A stretch of 61,766 bases of DNA from Elusimicrobia bacterium CG1_02_37_114 (GTDB taxonomy: Bacteria > Elusimicrobiota > Endomicrobiia > CG1-02-37-114): the NCBI GenBank assembly GCA_001871125.1, contig MNXB01000005.1:1-61766 (forward strand), read 5' to 3'. Every line of letters starts with the position of its first letter. Position 1 is the first letter of the stretch. Made by a program: the position numbers and the translations under genes. Under the pieces are notes generated by a model. The model did not search any database. It saw only the letters and a list, made by a program, of their open reading frames with translations, and was not told the origin of the DNA. Shown here in pieces: positions 38,929 through 47,608 of the stretch.

Positions 38929-39210
38929 TTAAATGTATTTTTGAAGAGTAGCATAGAAGTTTTCGTGAGTTGCTATAGCGTATAAATAAACCGTCGCTTC
39001 TTTGCTGTTATATTCGTAAGCAAGCAGGTAGAGCTGATGGTGGATTTTGAATTTATGAACCCTTATATATGAAAGTGCGCCTTTTTTCTGTTCACCTAAA
39101 AGAGGGTTGACTGTAATTTTCCGTAATTCTTCTTTAATAACAGACTGTTCTTTAGGGTAGAATTTCTTGTACTGGCGTTCAAATTTTGGGAGAGCTTTCA
39201 GGTCAGCCAT
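38929..39210 (-). CDS. RelE/ParE-family toxin
   Basis: NPLLGEQKKGAL.YIRVHKF and HENFY motifs. Confidence 0.88.
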   Translation of the reverse strand: MADLKALPKFERQYKKFYPKEQSVIKEELRKITVNPLLGEQKKGALSYIRVHKFKIHHQLYLLAYEYNSKEATVYLYAIATHENFYATLQKYI

Positions 39211-39431
39211 TATATTTTAAAAGGTTTTGCCAGTCCTAAGGCCTTTTCTGTCCGGGCTTCTTCTATATCCTTTATGAATTGCAGGGGTAAATCCGGGTTA
39301 TCCTCTGAGATTAAGGCAAGCTCAATGAACCGTTCAATGAGATTACTAATGCTCCGATGCTCCATTTTGGCTCTTATTTGAACTTTATGCCTGATTTGAT
39401 CAGGCAACCTGATGCTCGTTATGTTACTCAT
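39210..39431 (-). CDS. RHH-type antitoxin
   Basis: TSIRLPD, RSIS and DNPDLP.FI motifs. Confidence 0.82.
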   Translation of the reverse strand: MSNITSIRLPDQIRHKVQIRAKMEHRSISNLIERFIELALISEDNPDLPLQFIKDIEEARTEKALGLAKPFKI

Positions 39432-39478
39432 GGTTACACTCTCCTTTTTGTCGTTTACAATGTATTACATCCTAATAC

Positions 39479-39507
39479 ATTATAATACAGATATTGATAT
39501 TTGTCAA
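39479..39507 (-). promoter_or_regulatory. consensus sigma-70 promoter of the TA pair
   Basis: TTGACA-17-TATAAT. Confidence 0.8.
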
Positions 39508-39573
39508 GAGTTTTTTAAAGAAGTGTTTTTTTAAACGTTTTTTAAGACCGTAGGTTCGAACCTGCAGTTAAGG

Positions 39574-39648
39574 GGTGAGTGAGGGGACTTGAACCCCCAG
39601 CCTTCTGGGCCACAGCCAAACGCTCTAACCAATTGAGCTACACTCACC
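39574..39648 (-). tRNA. tRNA-His(GTG)
   Basis: Encoded G-1, discriminator C, anticodon loop CTGTGGC. Confidence 0.93.
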
Positions 39649-39705
39649 ACGTCTGAACCTTTTCCTAAGAGGTAATAACAAATAAATTAATGTTTTCAAA
39701 AAATA

Positions 39706-39991
39706 TGGGCCTGGTGAGAGTCGAACTCACAACCCCCTGCTTAGCATGCCACACTTAATTACTTAAGCTTTCGGAATGACCGAAATTGTGGTCTGGACTA
39801 TGTCTTCACCATTTCAGGTGTATGGCGTATAGTCTCTGAGGACTCCTATTAAACAATAGGTTGCCTGCAAATAATCCAGATAAAAAATCATCTGGACTTC
39901 CTTGCATATAGCCACATCCATTCTATGTATTTTATTCTACATAGAAGCTCCTTTTGAAGGCAGGTGCTCTATCCAGCTGAGCTACAGGCCC
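39706..39991 (-). tRNA. tRNA-Arg(TCT) split by a group I intron (exons 39957-39991 and 39706-39744)
   Basis: Joined exons give a perfect cloverleaf with anticodon arm CCTGC-CTTCTAA-GCAGG. Confidence 0.92.
39745..39956 (-). ncRNA. group I self-splicing intron, 212 nt
   Basis: Follows an exon U and ends in G. R element CAGAGACTA, S element AAGACATAGTCC; pairings P1-P9 can be drawn. Confidence 0.92.
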
Positions 39992-40013
39992 ATTGTATTT
40001 CAAACAACAAAAA

Positions 40014-40086
40014 TCGGGGCGGTGGGATTTGAACCCACGACCTCACGGTCCCAAACCGTGCGCGCTACCAGCTGCGCCACGCCCCG
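40014..40086 (-). tRNA. tRNA-Pro(TGG)
   Basis: Cloverleaf; anticodon arm CACGG-TTTGGGA-CCGTG. Confidence 0.95.
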
Positions 40087-40099
40087 AGATATTGAAAAG

Positions 40100-40128
40100 A
40101 TTATATCATACTTTGCTGATTATTTCAA
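40100..40128 (-). promoter_or_regulatory. promoter of the tRNA Pro-Arg-His operon
   Basis: TTGAAA-17-TATAAT with TG extension, overlapping the rdgB 3' end. Confidence 0.65.
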
Positions 40129-40714
40129 GTAGGAGTGCTTTTGCTTTGGTGAATGCCTCTGCACGGTGGCTGATTTCATTTTTTAGTGTAGTTCCTAATT
40201 CGGCAAAGGTTTTATTGTGGTTTATTGGAATGAATACAGGGTCGTAGCCAAACCCGTAATCTCCGAACTCTTCAGTGGCAATATGCCCTTCTATTTTTCC
40301 TTCGGTAATAATGGTATCTTTCCCGGGCTGGCTTATGGCAACAGTACATCTGAACCTGGCGGTTCTTTTTTCAAAAGGGACACCTTCAAGTAGAGACAGC
40401 AGTTTTTTGTTGTTGTCAGCGTAAGTGCATCCGGCGCCGGCAAACCGTGCTGATAGCACACCCGGTTGTCCGTTTAAATAATCCACTTCCAGTCCGCTAT
40501 CGTCTGATATACTTAATAATTTAGTTACCTCAGCGGTGATTTCAGATTTCTTTTTTGCATTTTCTTCAAATGTTAATCCGTCTTCATCAATTTTTTTTAT
40601 TTCCGGAAACTGTGACAATGATAGGACATCTACATCAAGACTTGACAGGTCTTCTAAAAATGTCAGTATTTCTTTTAACTTATCCTGATTGTTGGTGGCT
40701 ACGACTATATACAT
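40106..40714 (-). CDS. rdgB: XTP/dITP diphosphatase
   Basis: ATNNQDK, DDSGL, GFGYDPVF and SHR motifs. Confidence 0.95.
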   Translation of the reverse strand: MYIVVATNNQDKLKEILTFLEDLSSLDVDVLSLSQFPEIKKIDEDGLTFEENAKKKSEITAEVTKLLSISDDSGLEVDYLNGQPGVLSARFAGAGCTYADNNKKLLSLLEGVPFEKRTARFRCTVAISQPGKDTIITEGKIEGHIATEEFGDYGFGYDPVFIPINHNKTFAELGTTLKNEISHRAEAFTKAKALLLEIISKV

Positions 40715-40726
40715 TTTTTTGAGGAG

Positions 40727-41437
40727 TTAATCCTTCAGGATTTTACTTACAATTTTCCTCTGGGACTTAATAATTTTTCTTATACCTTTTCTGGCAAGTA
40801 ATAACATTCTGACTAATTCTTCCTGGCTGAACGTTTTTCCTTCAGCGGTGGACTGGACCTCTACGAATTTACCTCTGCCTGTTATCACGACGTTCATGTC
40901 AACCTGTGCTCTGTTATCCTCTTTTTCACACAGGTCTAATATTATCTTATCATCAACGATTCCTATGCTTACCGCTCCCAGATAATCCTTCAGGGGCAGT
41001 TTGGTGAATGCTCCGTCTTTCCTGAGTTTTGCAAGTGCCATGGTTAATGCTATGAATGCTCCGTTTATGGACGCTGTCCTTGTACCACCATCAGCCTGCA
41101 GGACATCACAATCAAGGGTTATTGTCCGTCTGCCAAGTTTTTCCAAATCAACCACAGCCCGCAGTGACCGTCCTATTAACCTTTGTATTTCCTGTGTCCT
41201 GCCTGAATTTACTGATTTTCTTCTTGAAGTTCTCTTACTACCTGCACGTGGAAGCATACCGTATTCAGCTGTTATCCAGCCGATATTTTTTTCTTCGCAG
41301 AACGGCGGGACCCTGTCTTCTCCGATGGTAGCAGTGCATAAAACTTTTGTATTGCCCATCTGGAATAAACAGGAGCCCTCGGTGTGTTTCATATAGTCCG
41401 GAATAATTTTAATTTTTCTAAGTTTTGTTTTCAACAT
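40727..41437 (-). CDS. rph: ribonuclease PH
   Basis: TAEYGMLPR, EIQRLIGRSLR and DGGTRTA motifs. Confidence 0.97.
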   Translation of the reverse strand: MLKTKLRKIKIIPDYMKHTEGSCLFQMGNTKVLCTATIGEDRVPPFCEEKNIGWITAEYGMLPRAGSKRTSRRKSVNSGRTQEIQRLIGRSLRAVVDLEKLGRRTITLDCDVLQADGGTRTASINGAFIALTMALAKLRKDGAFTKLPLKDYLGAVSIGIVDDKIILDLCEKEDNRAQVDMNVVITGRGKFVEVQSTAEGKTFSQEELVRMLLLARKGIRKIIKSQRKIVSKILKD

Positions 41438-41454
41438 TGCCTCCTTTACTTTAT

Positions 41455-42336
41455 TTATTCTATATTACTGAATATCTTATTGAGTTCTTTGAGAGTTTTA
41501 TCCATGCTGAATGATTTTCTCTCTCCAAGCGTCAAAACATCGAGAAGTTCGGCTTCAATGCGTGAGTTCATATCGCTGATTTCTTTTTCTGAACGTCCCA
41601 TATTGGTGCGGTATTTTTTAAGATTTCCGTCAAATTTATCTTCGGATAGTTTTCTTTTAAACAAATCCAGTAGTTCTTTATCATTGAAGTTAAAACCCGT
41701 CCTGATTAAATATCCAAGGTCATAAAAATCGCGGGGTGCTACAGTAAGACGTGTAGCAGCTGCCCGCATTTTTTCTGCGACAAGTTCCTTAATCGCAAGG
41801 CAACTGACCATTCCTCCTTCAAACAACGGTTCTTTCGTAAAAGGGTGCAGGAATTTATGGTTAATTTTCTGTCTTGATACTGTCAGGAGCGGATTAAACC
41901 GTAATCCCATCTCAAGTTTTATTGATTGTTTTTTATTCAGGACAACGGAATTATAGTCAACATAAAAAATATATTGAGTGGACTGGTTAAACCCGGATTT
42001 GTCAATATTTTCAATCCTCATATTGAACTTTTCGGCATATTCCCTGATTTTATTTTTTACCGGTTTAATTAGATTACTGCGGATTGTACGTGTAATCTCA
42101 CCTGCAGGCAATATCATTGAAAAATCCAAATCCTCGCTTAAGCGATAATAGGAGTAATATATTTTACTCAGGCAAGTCCCTCCCTTGAAAATAAGATTAT
42201 CATTTAGACTATTAATATCTGAAAGCAGAAGCGTAATGTAATAATCTTTTTCCAAAAGATTTAACGGAAATCCACTTTGTGCCGAAGTCCTTTCAAGCAA
42301 TTTTAAAAACTCTTCCCTGTTATTGTGCATCATCAA
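41455..42336 (-). CDS. AbiEii-family nucleotidyltransferase toxin (type IV TA)
   Basis: EKDY, FKGGT, RLSEDLDF and RDFYD motifs. Confidence 0.93.
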   Translation of the reverse strand: MMMHNNREEFLKLLERTSAQSGFPLNLLEKDYYITLLLSDINSLNDNLIFKGGTCLSKIYYSYYRLSEDLDFSMILPAGEITRTIRSNLIKPVKNKIREYAEKFNMRIENIDKSGFNQSTQYIFYVDYNSVVLNKKQSIKLEMGLRFNPLLTVSRQKINHKFLHPFTKEPLFEGGMVSCLAIKELVAEKMRAAATRLTVAPRDFYDLGYLIRTGFNFNDKELLDLFKRKLSEDKFDGNLKKYRTNMGRSEKEISDMNSRIEAELLDVLTLGERKSFSMDKTLKELNKIFSNIE

Positions 42337-43105
42337 TAATAATTCTCCATTGCGGATTAATCGTGCCCTTTCGTGATTTAGAAGCGTATAAAGTAATTAA
42401 CGCAGTATTTCTTATACTTCTCATTAACGGGGATAGCAGGGCGTTTGACACACCGCATTTTTCAAGAAAATACCCTATACGTTTACGCGTAGAAATGCCG
42501 GGGAATTTAAGAGCATAGCTTATAAGCCTCTTAATATTGGTATCTTTGTTGCTTACCTGTTTTTTTATTATTTCAAAAACATTCTTTAGACTGCCTATGG
42601 GGTCAGGGAAGTAAACCAAATCAACGAGCGTTCTTTCCCGATCGCTGACCAGGACTTCCGAATTTTGAATTTTTATTTTAGTAAGCCCGTACATCCGGCA
42701 CGGTGAAACCTTCAACAGTTTAAAAGATACACCGGATATGATACGTTCCCTCTGGAGCGAAGTATTTAATACATAAAATGTTTGAAAAATCTGTTCTGTA
42801 AAACCATAGTAATTATACATCATTGAATAACCTACATAATAGTTACCTTTAGGAAAGAGAACAGGGGGAATCAGGAATTCATTAATTCGGGTTCCATCGG
42901 GACCCGCTTCAAGCGGAGAAAAATAATATACCCCTCTCGTAATGGGTTTTAAAATCCCCTTTTTCTTCAATTGGTAAATAACCTGGCGGGTTAATACTAA
43001 CTTTCCGAAAAGACGATTAAACTGTTCATTCGTAATAATGCTGACCTTTTCGTAAGTTAATCGGGCTATAACCTCTGATTCTTTAGGACCTAAATATTGA
43101 GGCAT
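42320..43105 (-). CDS. AbiEi-family antitoxin / transcriptional regulator
   Basis: N-terminal wHTH, YYGFTEQ, SDRERTLVD and KRIGY motifs. Confidence 0.88.
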   Translation of the reverse strand: MPQYLGPKESEVIARLTYEKVSIITNEQFNRLFGKLVLTRQVIYQLKKKGILKPITRGVYYFSPLEAGPDGTRINEFLIPPVLFPKGNYYVGYSMMYNYYGFTEQIFQTFYVLNTSLQRERIISGVSFKLLKVSPCRMYGLTKIKIQNSEVLVSDRERTLVDLVYFPDPIGSLKNVFEIIKKQVSNKDTNIKRLISYALKFPGISTRKRIGYFLEKCGVSNALLSPLMRSIRNTALITLYASKSRKGTINPQWRIIIDDAQ

Positions 43106-43227
43106 TGTATTTATATTTACCTTGTTCGTTTAATAAACGATTAACGTAAATATTTATACAATATAAAAAATGAAAAGTCAAATTTTTAGATATTAATGGT
43201 CGCTGTCCCTATTTTTCCTGCCGCACA

Positions 43228-43728
43228 TCAGCGGTAGTTGATAAACTGGAGGGGCAGAGGGAAATCAATGCTTTTCAGATAAGTTATTACTGCCTGCAGG
43301 TCATCCTTTTTTGCCGAGGACACCCGCACCTTTATATCATCAATCTGTGCCTGGATGCTTCTCATGTTTAAATCCTTGATAATTTTCACAAGGTCTTTTG
43401 CTTTGTCCCTGGGCAGGCCCATGACAATATCAATGTTCTGGCGGACGGTGTCCCCTGTGGCTTTTTCGGGATTTTTTATGTCCAGGGCTTTTGGGGAAAC
43501 CCCCCGCTTTGCCAGTTTGCCGGATAAAAGTTCCCGCACAACGCGAAGTTTATAATCATCATCCGAAATAATCGTGACTTTCTTTGCCGTGCGGTCGAAA
43601 TCTATGGAAGATTTGCTGTTCTTGAAATCAAACCTCTGCGCAATTTCCTTAAGCGCCTGGTTTACTGCATTGTCGAATTCCTGCATGTTGACTTCTGAAA
43701 CGATGTCAAAGGAAAAATTGTTAGCCAT
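43228..43728 (-). CDS. yajQ: YajQ nucleotide-binding protein
   Basis: SFDIVS, RFDFK, KKDDLQ and LQFINYR motifs. Confidence 0.95.
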   Translation of the reverse strand: MANNFSFDIVSEVNMQEFDNAVNQALKEIAQRFDFKNSKSSIDFDRTAKKVTIISDDDYKLRVVRELLSGKLAKRGVSPKALDIKNPEKATGDTVRQNIDIVMGLPRDKAKDLVKIIKDLNMRSIQAQIDDIKVRVSSAKKDDLQAVITYLKSIDFPLPLQFINYR

Positions 43729-43756
43729 TTTATTTGCCCTTTCTCCCTCACCAAAT

Positions 43757-44896
43757 TCACTGAAATAATTCGCCTTTGAAAGATTTTTGCATGAGGGAAT
43801 TGAATAAATTATTGAGTTCTTTTTCTGACTCTTTTTGTTTTTCTTTTAGTTTTTCTACTTTTTGGACAATATCAGCAAATTTATGCTGAAGTTCTATCGG
43901 AGGAACCACTAATTGAATACGTTCCATAATGTCCATAGTAAGATATTTAGTATTTGAACCGATTGATCTATTTTTAAGAATATTTAATTGGTTTTCAAGA
44001 GAAATTTTAAAAAATTCATACGAATTATTAGAGTCTTTCAAAGTAAGAATGTAAGTTCTTTGATAAGCATTGAATTTACCTTTGTAATGCTTAACTGAAT
44101 ATTCTGCGGTTGCATTATTCCCTGACAAAATAAGTGCTTCTTGATCAAAAGCAAAATCATTAATCGCAAATGTTTTTCTTGAACAAGTAAAAAATGGATA
44201 TAAACCATTTTCTTTAGCTGCATTTGCATTCAACTTACCTGTTTTAATATAGAATATTTCGGTCATGTTTTTTATTAAATATGTTTCTTTAAACATTTTG
44301 AGGAAAGTAGATTTGAGGAATTCGTCGGTGAGACGGTTTGCTTCTTTGCGTTTTTCTATAGATGATTCGCATTTTTCAAGAATTGAAGCTGTTTTTTGTT
44401 GAATATTAAGATCTGGTAATGAAATTTTTATAGATTTTATATCTTGCTGGTTTAGACTTGACTGGTTTACTGCTTTCTTACATCTCGTACTGAAATATTC
44501 TCTAATATTATTAGATTTTAGTAAATATAAAAGATATTTTGGAAAAGCTATATTTTGTCGTGGTCTTAGAAGTAGTAGATTAATACCGTGTATTAAAACT
44601 TCTGGTATTCCTTCATAAATAGCAGTTTTACCGATATGTTCTGTTGAGTTTATATGGCTAAATAAAATGTCGCCATTTTGTAGTCTATATCTTTCCAAAT
44701 CCGCATCTAAAATTTGCGAATATTTGACTCTTTCAATATCAATAACTCCATTTGAAATGGTCTCAATCCTAGTGATAGGATAACCTATCATTTTTTCACT
44801 CTGTTTTACGTTAATACCATTCCTTATAAATTCAATTACCTCTTCCAATTTGTAATTTTTCAATTGATTGTCTCTTACTTTATGGTATTTAAACAA
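43757..44896 (-). CDS. hsdS: type I R-M specificity subunit
   Basis: Two TRDs with conserved LPD..Q and PP..LQ..F repeats. Confidence 0.9.
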   Translation of the reverse strand: MFKYHKVRDNQLKNYKLEEVIEFIRNGINVKQSEKMIGYPITRIETISNGVIDIERVKYSQILDADLERYRLQNGDILFSHINSTEHIGKTAIYEGIPEVLIHGINLLLLRPRQNIAFPKYLLYLLKSNNIREYFSTRCKKAVNQSSLNQQDIKSIKISLPDLNIQQKTASILEKCESSIEKRKEANRLTDEFLKSTFLKMFKETYLIKNMTEIFYIKTGKLNANAAKENGLYPFFTCSRKTFAINDFAFDQEALILSGNNATAEYSVKHYKGKFNAYQRTYILTLKDSNNSYEFFKISLENQLNILKNRSIGSNTKYLTMDIMERIQLVVPPIELQHKFADIVQKVEKLKEKQKESEKELNNLFNSLMQKSFKGELFQ

Positions 44897-46398
44897 TTGG
44901 TTATTTCTTCAATATTTCTTTCTATTTCCTTTTCTAATTCTGATACATGTCTCATTATCATTTCTGGTTTTTCGTATTGGATTTCTTCGTATTCAATGGG
45001 TTTGTAACGGGAAATGGATAGGTCAAAATTGTTTTTCTTTATTTCCTCGTAGTCAACCCAGAGCCATTTTTCACCTTTCTTGGGTTGCTTGTTTTTATTT
45101 CTTGTTTTCCATTTTTCTATTATGTCGGGGATATCGTTCTGTTCAATCTTCGTTCTTTTATCATCAAGAGAATATCCGTCTGCCTGCATATCGTAGAACC
45201 ATACTTTACCTGTCTTTTCACCTTTTGTAAATACAAGAACAGCAGTTGAAACACCGGCGTAGGGCTTGAACACTCCTGATGGCATTGAAATAATTGCTTC
45301 AAGTCCACATTTTTCAAGTATCATTTTTCTTATTTCAACATGAGCATTGCTTGAACCAAAAAGGACACCGTCAGGAACGATTACGCCGCATCGTCCTCCG
45401 GGAATAAGCATGTTTACAAAAAGATTTAGGAATAAAAGTTCTGTTTTAGGGGTTTTACTTTTTCCTGTTATTGTTAAATCCTCTGCAATATCACTCCTGT
45501 CAACATTTCCTTTAAATGGAGGATTTGCAAGGATTATATCATATAAGTTTCTTTCCCTGAAACTTTTTGAGAGCGTATCCGCATACCTGACATTAGGGTT
45601 TCCGATACCGTGAAGAACCATATTCATCAAACCAATCCTTACCATTGTTGTGTCAAAATCATACCCGTAAAAAGTCTTATTCCACAGGAAATTCCAGTGT
45701 TTTTTATCAACTATTTTATCACCAATCAATTTATGCGGTGCACCATCTTCGTCATATTCCATGCTTTCAGGATCAGTGTTTTCTTTTAAAATATGGTTAT
45801 ACGCACCTATTAAAAAACCGGAAGTTCCACAGGCAGGGTCGCAAATCTTATTGCCAAGTTTCGGGTCAACAAGTTCAACAATCATTCTTATTATATGTCT
45901 TGGGGTACGGAATTGCCCGTTTTTACCGGATTGGGAAATTTCACTTAAAAGGTATTCATATATATCCCCCTGGATATCTATTCCCTGGCTGGAAATATTT
46001 AATTCGTCTATAATTTTTACTGCTTCCTGCAAAAGTGATGGTCGGGGGATGAGGAATACAGCATCTTTCATTGATTCTGAATAAAAATTGCCTTCACCTT
46101 TAAGTTCTTTTATAAACTGGAAAACAACTTCCCTGACATGTTTGAGCATTGTTTCAGCGTCAAAATGCATCCAGTGAGACCAGCGACAATTATCCTGCCC
46201 TTTAAAAATAGATGTATAACTCTGTCCCCTTCTCTGGGCAGAATTCTTTTGTTGGTTATCCATATCCTCAAGTCGTTTCATAAAAATAAGATAGGACATC
46301 TGTTCAATAGCAGTAAGGGGATTGGCAATACCACCCTCCCAGAACATTTTCCAGAGTTTATCTATTTTACTTTTTACTTCAGGATGAGCGTTTAACAT
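44875..46398 (-). CDS. hsdM: type I R-M methyltransferase subunit
   Basis: GQFRTPRH, DPACGTSGF and NPPF motifs. Confidence 0.95.
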   Translation of the reverse strand: MLNAHPEVKSKIDKLWKMFWEGGIANPLTAIEQMSYLIFMKRLEDMDNQQKNSAQRRGQSYTSIFKGQDNCRWSHWMHFDAETMLKHVREVVFQFIKELKGEGNFYSESMKDAVFLIPRPSLLQEAVKIIDELNISSQGIDIQGDIYEYLLSEISQSGKNGQFRTPRHIIRMIVELVDPKLGNKICDPACGTSGFLIGAYNHILKENTDPESMEYDEDGAPHKLIGDKIVDKKHWNFLWNKTFYGYDFDTTMVRIGLMNMVLHGIGNPNVRYADTLSKSFRERNLYDIILANPPFKGNVDRSDIAEDLTITGKSKTPKTELLFLNLFVNMLIPGGRCGVIVPDGVLFGSSNAHVEIRKMILEKCGLEAIISMPSGVFKPYAGVSTAVLVFTKGEKTGKVWFYDMQADGYSLDDKRTKIEQNDIPDIIEKWKTRNKNKQPKKGEKWLWVDYEEIKKNNFDLSISRYKPIEYEEIQYEKPEMIMRHVSELEKEIERNIEEITNCLNTIK

Positions 46399-46467
46399 AT
46401 AAAAAATTCCTTAAAATGGATTTATTTAGAACAACCATGGTTTTAATGGGGTAATAACTAATATATA

Positions 46468-46564
46468 ATACCCTATTTAATTAGAATTATACCCTATTTT
46501 AGCGTTAATGTCAATAGGGTATTTAAAATATATTTTGCCCCATTTAAACATCAATTACCCTATT
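46468..46564 (-). promoter_or_regulatory. hsdM promoter with repeated ATACCCTATT boxes
   Basis: TTGACA(46514)-17-TATAAT(46491). Boxes at 46468, 46489, 46513 (inverted) and 46556 (9-mer). Confidence 0.7.
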
Positions 46565-47599
46565 TTTCTCCCACTTTGCATTTCTACCAATACCAGAGGA
46601 CTTTATTTTGTTTTCATCTCTTAGCTGGCGCAATATTTTTCTAATCATATCACGAGTAACATTCGGACAGTTTTTTTCAAGGTCTGAAATTGAGAAAGGT
46701 TTTATAAATCTATCTATTGCGGATTTAACTTGTTCTGTTTTGGAGCCTTTGCCTTTAAATGAACCAACTCGTGATTCAAATTCTTTATAAGCGGCAATGA
46801 GCACACCGTAAAAGTAATTAAACCATGGAAAAATATCATGTTGTGATTGGTGCCATTCTTTTGAAGAAGATTCAAGGGCATCGTAATAACTTGATTTAGA
46901 TTGTTCAATAATCCTTTCAATACTTATGTATTTTCCGACCTTATAGCCTTTTTGGTATAAGAGTAACAGAGTCAATAATCTTGATATTCTGCCATTTCCG
47001 TCTTTGAAAGGATGAATACACAGAAAATCAAATACGAAAAGCGGTATTAGTACAAGAGGGTCATTGTATTCATTTTCTGAATAGTCCTTATATAAAGAAA
47101 TAAGTTTGTTCATGTATTCTGGTGTTTCAAAAGCAGCTACTGGTTTAAATTTTAAGACCCTAGTACCATCGGGATACTTGTCAACAATTTCGTTGTCCCA
47201 TTTTTTCCAGGAACCTGACGGGATATCGGTGTATCTATACAGCATTGAATGAAACTGTAAAATTACATTTTCTAATACCGGAATGTCTTCGTGAGATTGA
47301 TGTATAAGATTAAGTACGTCCCTGTATCCTGCAATTTCCTGTTCCGGCCTTACTTTTGGTTTAGCATTTGCCTTGACTATAGCTTCTATCCGGTTGTGTT
47401 GAGCTATAATACCTTCTATTCTATTTGAAGATTCTGTGCTTTCAACTATTGCACTTTCAAGTAACTTCTCAAGAATATCAGGGGACTGCCTGATATAGAG
47501 TTCTTGCTTGCCCTTATATTCGCCGATAGCTCTGAGTGTTGATATTATCTCGCTTGGAAATTTTAATTGTTTAAAATAATTTTCTTCAAATGATTTCAT
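46544..47599 (-). CDS. Fic-family protein with C-terminal HTH
   Basis: HPFKDGNGRISR motif; STESSNRIEG inhibitory-helix motif. Confidence 0.93.
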   Translation of the reverse strand: MKSFEENYFKQLKFPSEIISTLRAIGEYKGKQELYIRQSPDILEKLLESAIVESTESSNRIEGIIAQHNRIEAIVKANAKPKVRPEQEIAGYRDVLNLIHQSHEDIPVLENVILQFHSMLYRYTDIPSGSWKKWDNEIVDKYPDGTRVLKFKPVAAFETPEYMNKLISLYKDYSENEYNDPLVLIPLFVFDFLCIHPFKDGNGRISRLLTLLLLYQKGYKVGKYISIERIIEQSKSSYYDALESSSKEWHQSQHDIFPWFNYFYGVLIAAYKEFESRVGSFKGKGSKTEQVKSAIDRFIKPFSISDLEKNCPNVTRDMIRKILRQLRDENKIKSSGIGRNAKWEKNRVIDV

Positions 47600-47608
47600 A
47601 ATTACCCC

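Noticed and set aside
39547-39568. GTAGGTTCGAACCTGC as a tRNA-fragment att site
   Set aside because: A short palindrome that does not match the 3' end of any tRNA in the window.
39902-40247. ORFs 39902-40132 and 39993-40247 (+)
   Set aside because: Antisense shadows of the tRNA genes, the intron and rdgB; no homing-endonuclease motifs.
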